Assembly (NCBI GenBank): GCA_009837885.1
Contig: VXSP01000014.1
Span: 31,498-95,497 of the forward strand
Direction of reading: 5' to 3'
Length of the DNA: 64,000 bases
Origin: Holophagales bacterium
GTDB taxonomy: Bacteria > Acidobacteriota > Thermoanaerobaculia > Multivoradales > Multivoraceae
The notes under the pieces were generated by a model, which saw only the letters and a list, made by a program, of their open reading frames with translations, ran no database searches and was not told where the DNA came from. This document shows, in pieces, positions 28,934-37,923 of this stretch; positions within the stretch are counted from its first letter, which is position 1, and each line of letters opens with the position of its first letter. Position numbers and translations under genes: made by a program.

Positions 28934-30255
28934 CGCCGGATCCCCGAGAGATCCCGCCAGAAGCCCGGGTAGGACTTGCCCACGACCTCCGGATGCCGGA
29001 TCGAGAGGCCTCCCCGGCGCAATCCCACGAGCGCCATGCTCATCGCGATGCGGTGGTCGTCGTAGGTGTCGATCGGGATGCGCGCCGAGCCTGGCGAGGC
29101 GACGAGACCCGGATTGCCGTCGATCCGCAGGCCGTCCGCCAGTTCGTCGGCGGCTACGCCGGACCGCCGCAACCCGGCCGCCACGGCGGCCAGGCGGTCG
29201 CTCTCCTTGATCCTCAGGTGCCCCACGTTGCGGATCCGGGTCGTGCCGTCGGCGAAAGCCGCCACGGCGGCAAGCGTCGGTACCTGGTCGGGCATCGCCG
29301 AGAGGTCGTAGTCGACCGCTGTCAGGGCGCCGTCGGCCTCCACCCGAATCCCGTCGTCCGTCGTCTGGACTCTGGCGCCCATGCGCTCGAGCAGCCCCAG
29401 GAAGGCGCGATCGCCCTGGCTGGCCACCGGCGAGAGACCTCGCAGACGCACCGAGCCGCCGCAGATCGCGGCTGCCGCCGCCGGATAGGCGGCGGCCGAA
29501 TCGTCGCCCGCGACGCGATAGCGACCGTTCACCGGTTGGGGCCCGCGCGGTTCCACACGGAACTCGCGGGCTTCGCCGTTCCGGCGCACCTCTACCGGCG
29601 CGCCGAAATCGGCCATGACTTCGAGAGTTGTCTCCACATACGGACTAGAGACGAGAAACGGCACCAGGACTTCGATCGGGCCCTCGGCATTGAGCGCCGC
29701 CATCAGCAGCGCGGACACGTACTGGCTCGATTCACCGGCGTCGATTTCGACCCGGCCACCAGCCAGCTTTCCGCCCCGGACACGAACCGGGGCGCAGCCG
29801 GGCCGGCCCAGTTCGTCGATCTCCGCGCCGAGCCGCCGCAGGGCGGCAACCAGAGGGCCGATCGGCCTTTCGCGCAGCCGGGGGGAGCCGTCGAGAATCC
29901 ACTCGCCCGGGGTCACCGTGCAGCTCGCGACCAGCAACCGCAACAGCGTCCCGGCGCTCCGGCAATCCAGCCGCGCGGCATCCTCAGTACCGTCGTTTGG
30001 CGGCGGCTCCACCCGCAGTCCCGACCCCGAAGCGGAACGGAGGCGCCAGCCCATCGCGTCGAGTACGGCCCGGAAGGCCCCGATGTCGTCGGCCTCCAGC
30101 AGGTTCTCGATCGTCGCGGGCTTCCTCCCGATCAGCGCCAGGTTCAGGGCGCGGTGCGAGATGCTCTTCGAGCCGGGCGGCTCGACCACGCCGGAGACCC
30201 CCGCGGCACGGCGGACCGGGTACGGGTCGGGAAGAGAAGCCGTCAGCCCAGCCAC
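28930..30255 (-). CDS. aroA: 3-phosphoshikimate 1-carboxyvinyltransferase (EPSP synthase)
   Basis: PGSKSISHRAL, LDCRSAGT, RIKESDR motifs. Confidence 0.95.
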   Translation of the reverse strand: MAGLTASLPDPYPVRRAAGVSGVVEPPGSKSISHRALNLALIGRKPATIENLLEADDIGAFRAVLDAMGWRLRSASGSGLRVEPPPNDGTEDAARLDCRSAGTLLRLLVASCTVTPGEWILDGSPRLRERPIGPLVAALRRLGAEIDELGRPGCAPVRVRGGKLAGGRVEIDAGESSQYVSALLMAALNAEGPIEVLVPFLVSSPYVETTLEVMADFGAPVEVRRNGEAREFRVEPRGPQPVNGRYRVAGDDSAAAYPAAAAAICGGSVRLRGLSPVASQGDRAFLGLLERMGARVQTTDDGIRVEADGALTAVDYDLSAMPDQVPTLAAVAAFADGTTRIRNVGHLRIKESDRLAAVAAGLRRSGVAADELADGLRIDGNPGLVASPGSARIPIDTYDDHRIAMSMALVGLRRGGLSIRHPEVVGKSYPGFWRDLSGIRR

Positions 30256-30920
30256 AGCAGTTTCCGATCGTGAAACCAGGCGTCCGCGATCCGCACCTCG
30301 CCGTCACCGACGGTCCAGCGGCGGGCGGCATGGAAGTGACCGAGCAGCAGGACGTCGTTGCCTTCAGCCAGCCGGCGCGCCGCGTAGCGGCGAATCACCG
30401 CGCCCGGAATCCGGGCCTTGTGCTCGCGGTTCGTCCGCGCCAGACCACGCTCCGTGGAAGCGACGAGGCGGCGGCCCACCGTCCGTGGCAAGCGGAACGT
30501 CAACCACCGGCTCATCGCGTTCTTCGACAGGCGCCGCCAGCAGAGGTAGCGCCAGTCGCGGGGATTCAGCCCGTCGCCGTGAACCGCGAGGTACTTCACG
30601 CCTTCGGCGTCGAAGCTGACTTCCCGGCCGCAGTCGTCGAAGAGGTCGCCGTAGGCGCCGCCGGCCAGGAAGAAATCGCGGTTCCCCTCCACGTAGGACA
30701 CCCGGATTCCCCGCCGCCTGAGGCCGCGGATCGCGGTTGCGAGCCGCCGTATCTCGGGCGTTTCGAAGCGCCGCGATCCGATCCAGAGATGAAACAGGTC
30801 ACCGAGGAACAACACCCGGACACAGCGACCGGGTTCGAGTGCGGCGAGCTGTTCGGCCAGGTCCTCCCCGCTGCCCCCGGGACCGCCCAGGTGGGCATCG
30901 GCGATCACGGCGACAGGCAT
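30243..30920 (-). CDS. Calcineurin-like metallophosphoesterase (UDP-2,3-diacylglucosamine hydrolase LpxH-like)
   Basis: ADAHLG...LFLGDLFHLWIG...GNRDFF...VHGD...GHFH metallophosphatase motifs. Confidence 0.8.
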   Translation of the reverse strand: MPVAVIADAHLGGPGGSGEDLAEQLAALEPGRCVRVLFLGDLFHLWIGSRRFETPEIRRLATAIRGLRRRGIRVSYVEGNRDFFLAGGAYGDLFDDCGREVSFDAEGVKYLAVHGDGLNPRDWRYLCWRRLSKNAMSRWLTFRLPRTVGRRLVASTERGLARTNREHKARIPGAVIRRYAARRLAEGNDVLLLGHFHAARRWTVGDGEVRIADAWFHDRKLLWLG

Positions 30921-30938
30921 GAGTTCGAAAGGGGTTCC

Positions 30939-32012
30939 CTAGACAATCGTCAGAGTCGGCCGTTCCGAGGCCACCTCCAGCAGCCGCCGTTCGACCGCCG
31001 TCACGATGCCGCGGAAGATCGCCGCATGGGGGCCGCCGGCGTCGGAGACCACGATCGGCAACCCGTCGTCGCTGCCCCGGACCAGGGCGCCGTCCAACGG
31101 AATCGCCCCAAGGACCTCGCAGTCGAGCAACTCGGCGGTCCGTTCGACGCCACCGCGTTTGAAGACGTCGGTCGTCTCGCCGCAGTGGGGGCACACGAAG
31201 GTCGACATGTTCTCGACCATGCCGAGCACCGGCACCTCCACCTTGCGGAACATGGCGAGCCCCTTGCGGGCGTCGATCAGCGCCACGTCCTGCGGCGTCG
31301 AGACGATGACCGCGCCGGACAGGGGCAGCTTCTGCGAGAGCGTCAGCGCCGCGTCTCCGGTGCCGGGCGGCAGGTCGAGCAGCAGATAGTCGAGCCGGCC
31401 CCAGTCCACGTCGCCGAGCAACTGGCCCAGCGCCTTCATCACCATGGGACCCCGCCAGATCACGGGCGTGTCCGGATCGAGAAGAAAGCCGAGGGACATG
31501 ACCCGCACGCCGTGGCGCTCGAAGGGCTGGATCTTTCCCTTCACGATCTCCGGCCGGCGGTTGATGCCGAACATCAGGGGGATGGACGGACCGTAGATGT
31601 CCGCGTCGAGCAGGCCGACCTTCAAGCCCAGGGCCGCCATCGCGGCGCTCAGGTTGGTCGCCACGGTCGATTTGCCTACGCCTCCCTTGCCGCTGGCCAC
31701 CGCGACCACATGGGACACCCCCGGCAGCAGCGAGGGGTCACGCGCCGTGGCCGGCGCCGGCGCGGTCGCCACCTCGAGGGAGACCTGTACGTCGGACACC
31801 CCGTCCAGGTTCCGCACGGCATCGACGATGCGGCGCCTGATCTCGGTGGCGGCGTCCGGGTCCCGCGTCGGGACCCGGAGATCGACGACCACGTCGCCCC
31901 CGGTGACCGCGACCCGCTGCACGAAACCGAACGACACGATGTCGCGTTTCATCCCCGGGAAGGTCACGGTCCGAAGACACTCGCGCACTCTGCTCTCGAC
32001 GGCGTCAGTCAT
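30939..32012 (-). CDS. apbC: Mrp/NBP35-family Fe-S cluster carrier ATPase (ApbC)
   Basis: N-terminal DUF59-like domain, SGKGGVGKST P-loop, CPHCG motif. Confidence 0.9.
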   Translation of the reverse strand: MTDAVESRVRECLRTVTFPGMKRDIVSFGFVQRVAVTGGDVVVDLRVPTRDPDAATEIRRRIVDAVRNLDGVSDVQVSLEVATAPAPATARDPSLLPGVSHVVAVASGKGGVGKSTVATNLSAAMAALGLKVGLLDADIYGPSIPLMFGINRRPEIVKGKIQPFERHGVRVMSLGFLLDPDTPVIWRGPMVMKALGQLLGDVDWGRLDYLLLDLPPGTGDAALTLSQKLPLSGAVIVSTPQDVALIDARKGLAMFRKVEVPVLGMVENMSTFVCPHCGETTDVFKRGGVERTAELLDCEVLGAIPLDGALVRGSDDGLPIVVSDAGGPHAAIFRGIVTAVERRLLEVASERPTLTIV

Positions 32013-32760
32013 CCGTTTCTCCCGTGTCCGCGGCGGTCCGGAGACCCGCCAATCGGCCCACCTGCCGCTCGACGTCGAGCATGAACGACCGCCGTCCCCG
32101 CACCCCGCCGCCGGCCGGGTCGACGACCTCGCCGAAGGCCAGCTCGATGACCTGCGGCCGGACCGCCAGAGCGCCCTTCCGCCGGATGCGGCCGGTACCG
32201 CGAATGCCCACCGGCACCACCAGGGCCCGCCCCTTCAACGCGAGCAGGAACCCGCCCCGCTGGAACGGCCTCATCCGCGGGCCGGAGCTGCGCGTCTCTT
32301 CCGGGAACACGACCAGTGACACCCCGGATGCCAACAACTCCGTGGCGGCCGCGAACGTCTCGGCGGCCCGGCTCCGATCCTCGCGGTCCACCGGGACGAA
32401 ACCCGCCGCCCTGAGCCCCCAGCCGAAGAACGGCAGGCGGAACAGGCTGCGCTTGGCCAGGAAGCGGACCGGCAGGTCCAGTATCGCCAGCAGAGCCGCG
32501 ATGTCGTAGAGGCTCCGGTGGTTCGCCATGTAGACCACAGGCCGGTCCCCGATGGATTCCCGCCAGACCCTGTGGCTGCCCCCCGCGTAGCTGAGCTCGA
32601 GCCGAACACCGCTCGACCGGAGCAAGCCCCGAGCCCAGAGACGAGCCTGAACTCCGGCCCAGTCACGGCCCGGGAACCAGGAGGCGATGGCCGCGGCCAC
32701 GCCCATCACGGCACTGCCCAAAACCAGGTAGACGTTCCCGGCCAGGGTGGCCAGCGCCAT
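32005..32760 (-). CDS. plsC: 1-acyl-sn-glycerol-3-phosphate acyltransferase
   Basis: MANHRSLYDI (NHxxxxD) and FPEETRS (FPEGTR) acyltransferase motifs. Internal ATG at 32760 (MALATLAGNVYLVLG TM helix) chosen; the track start 32958 adds an unlikely 66-aa extension overlapping mlaE. Confidence 0.8.
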   Translation of the reverse strand: MALATLAGNVYLVLGSAVMGVAAAIASWFPGRDWAGVQARLWARGLLRSSGVRLELSYAGGSHRVWRESIGDRPVVYMANHRSLYDIAALLAILDLPVRFLAKRSLFRLPFFGWGLRAAGFVPVDREDRSRAAETFAAATELLASGVSLVVFPEETRSSGPRMRPFQRGGFLLALKGRALVVPVGIRGTGRIRRKGALAVRPQVIELAFGEVVDPAGGGVRGRRSFMLDVERQVGRLAGLRTAADTGETDD

Positions 32761-32940
32761 CGACCACCCGCCCCGTCCTGCGCCGGGAGCTTTCGCCGTA
32801 AACTCGTTGCGCTGCGTCGTGGGGCGCAGGTTCGTGGGGTTCCGGATCGACAAGATTCTGCTCGGTGCCGTGGGTTGGCAGAAGCTACACCAAGCATCCA
32901 CCACGCGGGGCGACTCGAACACACCCTCCTGGATGGGCAG

Positions 32941-33720
32941 ATGCAACAGGCTGGACACAGGATTCTGATCGATTTCAAGGCCCCCTTGCGAGAGGTAGGC
33001 GCCATCTGGATACTGACTGCGCGCGGAATGTCCGCGCTCGTCAGACCCCCCTACGAGTTCCGGTCATGGCTTGGTCAGATGGGACACCTCGGCGTCAGCT
33101 CGCTCGGCGTCGCATCGGTGACCACTCTGTTCACCGGCATGGTGCTGGCCCTTCAGACCGCCTACAGCCTGCCTGAACTCGGGGTCAAGTACTACATCGG
33201 CAGCGTGGTTTCCAAGTCCTTGACCCGGGAACTCGGACCCGTACTCGTGGCCCTCATCGTCGGCGGTCGCATCGGGTCCGGAATGACCGCGGAACTCGGC
33301 ACGATGAAGGTCACGGAGCAGGTCGACGCCATGCGCTCGATGGCCGCGGATCCCGTAAAGAAGCTGGTCGTTCCGAAGCTGGCGGCCACTCTGATCATGT
33401 TGCCCGTCCTCACCGTCCTCGGCGACCTGCTGGGCATTCTCGGCGGCCTGTTCGTCGCCGTGAATCAGTTGAACCTCTCCGTTGGTCTGTACGTCAACGA
33501 CGTCCTGCAGACCCTCACCATGGAGGACGTCTTCAACGGCCTCGGAAAGTCGGTCTTCTTCGCCTGCTTCATTGCGATCATCGGCTGCCACAACGGCCTG
33601 ACGGCCAGCGGCGGCGCCGAAGGTGTTGGGCATGCCACCACCCGCACGGTCGTCTGGGCTTCCATCATGGTGCTCGTATCTGATTTCTTTCTGACGAAGC
33701 TGTTTCATGTCCTCGTCTGA
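32941..33720 (+). CDS. mlaE: MlaE-family ABC transporter permease
   Basis: 259-aa polytopic permease with the MlaE/Ttg2B pattern; ATG at 32941 inside the track ORF 32518..33720. Confidence 0.85.
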   Translation: MQQAGHRILIDFKAPLREVGAIWILTARGMSALVRPPYEFRSWLGQMGHLGVSSLGVASVTTLFTGMVLALQTAYSLPELGVKYYIGSVVSKSLTRELGPVLVALIVGGRIGSGMTAELGTMKVTEQVDAMRSMAADPVKKLVVPKLAATLIMLPVLTVLGDLLGILGGLFVAVNQLNLSVGLYVNDVLQTLTMEDVFNGLGKSVFFACFIAIIGCHNGLTASGGAEGVGHATTRTVVWASIMVLVSDFFLTKLFHVLV

Positions 33721-34510
33721 GAGCGGCGACAGCCGAAAACCGGTGCGGGAACCCCTCTACGTCGTGCGCGGACTCCGCCGGCGCTTCGGCGAACGAGTCG
33801 TACTCGACGATCTGAGCTTCGAGGTTCTTCGCGGTGAGTGCCTGGTCGTGCTCGGGCGTTCGGGCTCCGGCAAGAGCCTCACTCTGCGCCAACTCAACGG
33901 ACTCGACCCGGCCGAGGGAGGCGAGGTGCTGTTCGAGGGTACGGACCTCGTCCAACTGAAGGAGCGCGAGTTGTACCCCGTGCGCCGGCGGATCGCGATG
34001 CTGTTTCAGTCGGGCGCCCTGTTCGACTCCTTCGACGTGCTCGAGAACGTCGCCTTCCCCATTCGCGAGCACGAGCGCGTGAGCGAGGACGAGGTTCGCG
34101 AGCGGGTGGCGGCGGCACTCGCATGGGTCGGACTGTCCGGGATCGAGGATCGGATGCCCGCGGCTCTGTCGGGCGGCATGAAGAAGCGGGTCGCGCTCGC
34201 CCGCTCGCTCGTCCTGGCGCCCGAAGTCGTCCTGTTCGACGAGCCGACCGCCGGACTCGACCCGGTCACCGCAGCGACCATCTCCCGTCTGATCAGTAGC
34301 ACCAGGGACGAGTTCGGAACGACTTCGGTCGTGGTGACGCACGACATTCGCCTGGCCCGCCACGTCGGCGACCGCCTCGCACTGCTTCACGACGGACGGT
34401 TCCGGTTCCTCGGCTGCTGGGAGGAAGCAGAACAAAGCACCGACCCCGCTCTCCGGGCGTTCCTCGAAGGTCGGTTCGACTCCGCACAGGAGGACATCGA
34501 TGCAGCGTGA
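33707..34510 (+). CDS. mlaF: MlaF-like ABC transporter ATP-binding protein
   Basis: GRSGSGKS Walker A, LSGGMKKRVALARSL signature, LFDEPTAGLD Walker B. Confidence 0.9.
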   Translation: MSSSESGDSRKPVREPLYVVRGLRRRFGERVVLDDLSFEVLRGECLVVLGRSGSGKSLTLRQLNGLDPAEGGEVLFEGTDLVQLKERELYPVRRRIAMLFQSGALFDSFDVLENVAFPIREHERVSEDEVRERVAAALAWVGLSGIEDRMPAALSGGMKKRVALARSLVLAPEVVLFDEPTAGLDPVTAATISRLISSTRDEFGTTSVVVTHDIRLARHVGDRLALLHDGRFRFLGCWEEAEQSTDPALRAFLEGRFDSAQEDIDAA

Positions 34511-35660
34511 CTCGAACACCACCAGGGTCGGTCTGACCGTACTCGCGGCCATCGTCGCGCTTGCGGCCTTCATCTTCGCGATCGGCGAGCAAAGCGCCCT
34601 GTTCACGCCCACCAACAGCTACCGGACCATGTTCCCGAACGCCGCCGGGCTGGTCGAGGGGAATCCCGTTCAACTGAACGGCGTGACCGTCGGCAGGGTC
34701 GACCGCATCCTGCTCAGCGAAGACCCGAACAGCGAACTGCTGGAGGTGCGGATCAGCGTCGAACGGCGCTACGCGAGCCGGCTGCGGCGAGACTCCCTGG
34801 CGCGCCTCAAGACCCTGGGCCTGCTGGGCGACAAGTACGTGGAGATCACCTCGGGTTCGCCCGAAGCCGTCCTCCTCAATCCCGGCGAGGAGATTCCGGC
34901 GGCCCTGCCGACCGACGTCGACGAACTGATCGCCAGCGGCGCGGACGTGGTCGACCATGCGGTCGTGACGGCCCGTTCCCTGTCGAACATCCTCGCCCGC
35001 ATGGAGCGCGGGGAGGGCCTGCTCGGCGAACTGGTCGCCGCCCGCGACGACAAGCGAGTCACCGACACGGTGATCAGTACGCTCGAGTCGATCGAGCGTG
35101 TGGCCGATCAGGTCGAGGCAGGCGACGGAGTCCTCGGGCGGCTGCTCACGGACCGCGAGATGGGCGACCGGATGGCCTCTTCGATCGAGGAACTGGACGA
35201 GACCCTGAGGCTGCTGCGAGAGGGCGAGGGCCTGGCGCCGGCGCTGCTCCGCGACGGGGAGCTGAAGGTCCGCTTCGAGACGACCCTGACGGACACGCAG
35301 GTTGCCGCCGCGGATCTCCGGGAGATCACCGCCGACCTGCGCGAGGCCGACGGCCTCCTGCCCCGGCTCCTGAACGACGAGGAACTGAGCGAATCGCTGA
35401 CGACCGAGGTCGAACAGCTCCTCAAGCGGCTCAACTCGACGCTGGACCAGGTCGCGGAAGGAGACGGCACGGCGGCCCGCCTGATCAACGACCCCGCGAT
35501 CTACGAGGCGCTCGACGACCTCGTGGTCGGCATCAACGAGTCGAGGCTGCTCCGCTGGCTCGTCCGCAACCGGCAAAAGGCGGGCATCAAGAAGCGGTAC
35601 CGGGAAACGCAGGACGCGGTCGCGGCAGCCGGGTCCGAAGATCCGGGAGAACGACCGTGA
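34500..35660 (+). CDS. mlaD: MlaD/MCE-domain protein with extended helical C-terminus
   Basis: N-terminal TM plus MCE domain (NAAGLVEGNPVQLNGVTVGRV), long coiled-coil C-terminus. Confidence 0.85.
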   Translation: MQRDSNTTRVGLTVLAAIVALAAFIFAIGEQSALFTPTNSYRTMFPNAAGLVEGNPVQLNGVTVGRVDRILLSEDPNSELLEVRISVERRYASRLRRDSLARLKTLGLLGDKYVEITSGSPEAVLLNPGEEIPAALPTDVDELIASGADVVDHAVVTARSLSNILARMERGEGLLGELVAARDDKRVTDTVISTLESIERVADQVEAGDGVLGRLLTDREMGDRMASSIEELDETLRLLREGEGLAPALLRDGELKVRFETTLTDTQVAAADLREITADLREADGLLPRLLNDEELSESLTTEVEQLLKRLNSTLDQVAEGDGTAARLINDPAIYEALDDLVVGINESRLLRWLVRNRQKAGIKKRYRETQDAVAAAGSEDPGERP

Positions 35661-35938
35661 TCGCCTGCGCCCGTTGCGGCCGGGAACGGGAAGCGCTCGC
35701 CGCGCCGCCAGTGCCCGGCGCCACAGGCGAGGAGATCGCCCAACGCGTTTGCGCCGGCTGCTGGGAAGAGTGGGCGGCGATGGAGATCAAGGTGATCAAC
35801 GAACTGCGCCTGAACTTCATGGATCCGGCGGCGCAGGCCACCCTCACGAGCCACATGAGGGACTTCCTCTTCCCCGGCGACGACTCCAGCGTCCAGCCGG
35901 GGGAACGACTCGACTTCGAGTCGATCGGGGAACCTTAG
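35657..35938 (+). CDS. yggX: Fe(2+)-trafficking / oxidative-damage protection protein (YggX family)
   Basis: CARCGRE...AGCWEEWAAMEIKVINELRLNFMDPAAQATLTSHMRDFLF; GTG start overlaps the mlaD stop (GTGA). Confidence 0.8.
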   Translation: MIACARCGREREALAAPPVPGATGEEIAQRVCAGCWEEWAAMEIKVINELRLNFMDPAAQATLTSHMRDFLFPGDDSSVQPGERLDFESIGEP

Positions 35939-35998
35939 GCGGTGACCCGGGGTCCTCTGACACCGGGAAGAGACGGCTGCCGACCGCCAGGCCGGCTC

Positions 35999-36598
35999 CT
36001 ACCTCCACGGCCGGCGCGAGGGCTCGCGGATCCGGCGAAGCATCCGGCGACGCCGGTTCTCCGGGTCGGCCGGGTCGTTCGAGAACAGGCGCATCACGTC
36101 GCCGTCGCGAGCGAAGCGGTAGCGGCGCGCCGGCTTCCTGCCGTTCAGACCCTTGGCCGCGCTCTTCGCGTAGGTCCAGAGCTGGACATCCGGGTCATCG
36201 ATGTCACGATGCTCCTCCCACTCCGTCTTCTCCGGGTCGCCGAACAGGATGTAGACCATGCCCCGGTCCGTGCGCCGGCCGAGCCGGCCGGATTCCGAGT
36301 AGCGCTTGTCCGCCTCGGACGCGCGGGCGTCGAACTGCCGCCGCAGACCGGCGTCGCGGCGGCTCCAGAACTCGTCGACGAAGGCGGCGGCCTCGTCGTC
36401 CGACTCCAGCAGGAGGTAGAGGGTCCGTTCCTCTTCGTCCGCAAGCTGCCCCACGGGCCCCACCAGCCAGCTCGTGTAGCCGGGACCCAGGAATGGATTG
36501 ATCAGGTCGTCCGGATGGAGCCGCTCGAGGCTCTCCGCGGCGTGAGCGGCGCCAGCGGCCAGGACCCCGAGGGCGAGAGCCAGACCGAACCGTCGCAC
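35999..36598 (-). CDS. Secreted GWxTD-domain protein
   Basis: Signal peptide MRRFGLALALGVLAAGAAHA; GRRTDRGMVYILFGDPEKTEWEE resembles the GWxTD motif region. Confidence 0.7.
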   Translation of the reverse strand: MRRFGLALALGVLAAGAAHAAESLERLHPDDLINPFLGPGYTSWLVGPVGQLADEEERTLYLLLESDDEAAAFVDEFWSRRDAGLRRQFDARASEADKRYSESGRLGRRTDRGMVYILFGDPEKTEWEEHRDIDDPDVQLWTYAKSAAKGLNGRKPARRYRFARDGDVMRLFSNDPADPENRRRRMLRRIREPSRRPWR

Positions 36599-36599
36599 G

Positions 36600-37226
36600 T
36601 CAACGGCTCTTCAGCAGGTCCAGGAACTCCTCCCGAATCGGGCGTTCGTGGAAGATGCCGCGAAGCGCCGACGTCACCGTCCGTGCCCCCGACTTCTCCA
36701 CCCCGCGCATCTCCACGCAGAGATGCCGGGCCTCGATCACGACCATCGCGCCGCGGGGTCGGAGTTCCTCTTCGAAGAAACTCACGACCTGCTCGGTGAG
36801 GCGCTCCTGGAGTTGTGGCCGCTTGGCGTAGAACTCGAGGATGCGCGCGAACTTGGACAGGCCCAGGATCTTGTCGCCGGGGACGTAGGCGATGTGGGCG
36901 TGACCGTAGAAGGGCACCAGATGGTGCGAACACATGGAGTAGAACGGGATGTCCTTCTCCATCACCATGGCCCGGTAGTTCTCGTCGTTGGGGAAGGTCG
37001 TGACCCTCGGCTTGGTGCCCTGATCCAGGCCCCGGAACATCTCCAGGTACATCTTGGCGACCCGCTCGTGCGTGGTCTTCAGATTCGGGTCCTCCAGGTC
37101 GAGACCGAGCTCGACCAGCAGCCTTCGCACCAGCTCCGCGAGGCGAGCCACCCGCTCCCGGTCCCGAACCGCCGGCGGACCGTCTTCGTAGGTCGAAACC
37201 CGCTCGACCGGTTCCAGAACGCGCAT
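36600..37226 (-). CDS. folE: GTP cyclohydrolase I
   Basis: YSMCSHHLVPFYGHAHIAYVP, VVIEARHLCVEMRGV, the FolE signature. Confidence 0.9.
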   Translation of the reverse strand: MRVLEPVERVSTYEDGPPAVRDRERVARLAELVRRLLVELGLDLEDPNLKTTHERVAKMYLEMFRGLDQGTKPRVTTFPNDENYRAMVMEKDIPFYSMCSHHLVPFYGHAHIAYVPGDKILGLSKFARILEFYAKRPQLQERLTEQVVSFFEEELRPRGAMVVIEARHLCVEMRGVEKSGARTVTSALRGIFHERPIREEFLDLLKSR

Positions 37227-37282
37227 CGGCGCATGCTACCGTAGTCGCCCGCGGTCAGAAACAACGACGAGGACGGAGTCCG

Positions 37283-37510
37283 ATGAGCCGAGTGACGATC
37301 GAATACTGCGTAATGTGAAACTACCGGCCCCGAGCCGCCGGTCTGGCGGCTCAGTTGAAGGAGCAGTTCGACCTCGACACCGAACTCGTGGACGGCGGCG
37401 GCGGCGTCTTCGAGGTCGCCCTCGACGGCCGCCCCGTCTTCTCCAAGAAAGAGCTCGGTCGCTTCCCCGACAACGGCGAAGTCGAGCACGCCGTCGCCGA
37501 GTTGCTGTAG
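37283..37510 (+). CDS. selW: SelW-like / Rdx-family selenoprotein with in-frame UGA (Sec) at 37316-37318
   Basis: Not in the ORF track. ATG 37283 with GGAG 5 nt upstream; reads MSRVTIEYCVM-U-NYRPRAAGLAAQLKEQFDLDTELVDGGGGVFEVALDGRPVFSKKELGRFPDNGEVEHAVAELL. C-x-x-U redox motif and GGGGVFEV / FSKKE.GRFP blocks are Rdx/SelW hallmarks; TGA sits exactly where Sec lies in this family. Confidence 0.75.
37332..37352 (+). ncRNA. SECIS-like hairpin 14 nt downstream of the selW UGA (cis mRNA element)
   Basis: GAGCCGCC-GGUCU-GGCGGCUC: 8-bp stem, 5-nt apical loop containing GGUC, loop ~22-26 nt after the UGA, matching the bacterial SECIS geometry bound by SelB. Confidence 0.55.
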
Positions 37511-37552
37511 CGGCGCGTTGCTGCAGCGGCGCGTTGCTGTAGCGCCGCGCCG
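37502..37552 (+). repeat. Three tandem 16-bp repeats (GTTGCTGTAGCGGCGC variants) immediately 3' of selW; the first unit supplies the selW TAG stop
   Basis: gttgctgtagcggcgc / gttgctgcagcggcgc / gttgctgtagcgccgcg seen directly. Part of the extended arm of MITE-like element A; a single homologous unit encodes the C-terminal QLVQRRR of rlmD at element B. Confidence 0.7.
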
Positions 37553-37597
37553 CGCGGCGGAGCAGCGGAGCGGCGGAGGTAGTACCCGTCCGCTGGA

Positions 37598-37758
37598 GGC
37601 GTTCCGGGGGAGGGTTCCCAGCGGCCGCTCGCGCAACCTCGGTTGTGGGAAAGACGGCGCTCGCTTCGGTCGGCTGCGCTTCACATCGGCGTCAGTAACT
37701 GAACCGGCGGAGGGAGTCACTTGCCTCCAGCCCGCTGGGAACCCTCCCCCGGAACGCC
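37598..37758. mobile_element. MITE-like element A: 161 bp with perfect 27-bp terminal inverted repeats (GGCGTTCCGGGGGAGGGTTCCCAGCGG)
   Basis: Left end 37598-37624 is the exact reverse complement of right end 37732-37758. Interior shares GCGCTCGCTTCGGTCGGCT and CACTTGCCTCCAGC blocks with element B. Conserved flanks extend ~20-30 bp on each side, so the full unit is ~210-220 bp. Confidence 0.7.
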
Positions 37759-37923
37759 GGGCGGACTGGTCGTCGTTGCAGGCCGGTCGCGAAGCCACAC
37801 ACTGGGTGCGCCGGCGTCCTCGCCGGCTTTCGGGCGACGTCGCGAAGGGGCGTCGCACGTAGGGAATGGGTGAGGCCGGAGGCCTCGCGCTCACGGGCGG
37901 TCACAGAACGCTACGATCGGGGC

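Noticed and set aside
37079-37894. Track ORFs 37079..37894 (-), 37518..37862 (+), 38745..39149 (-) and 38896..39318 (+) sharing peptide strings such as PAGWRQV…RSRPKRA…RERPLG
   Set aside because: The shared peptides come from translating the two inverted copies of the MITE-like repeat; these ORFs are repeat-derived artefacts, not genes.
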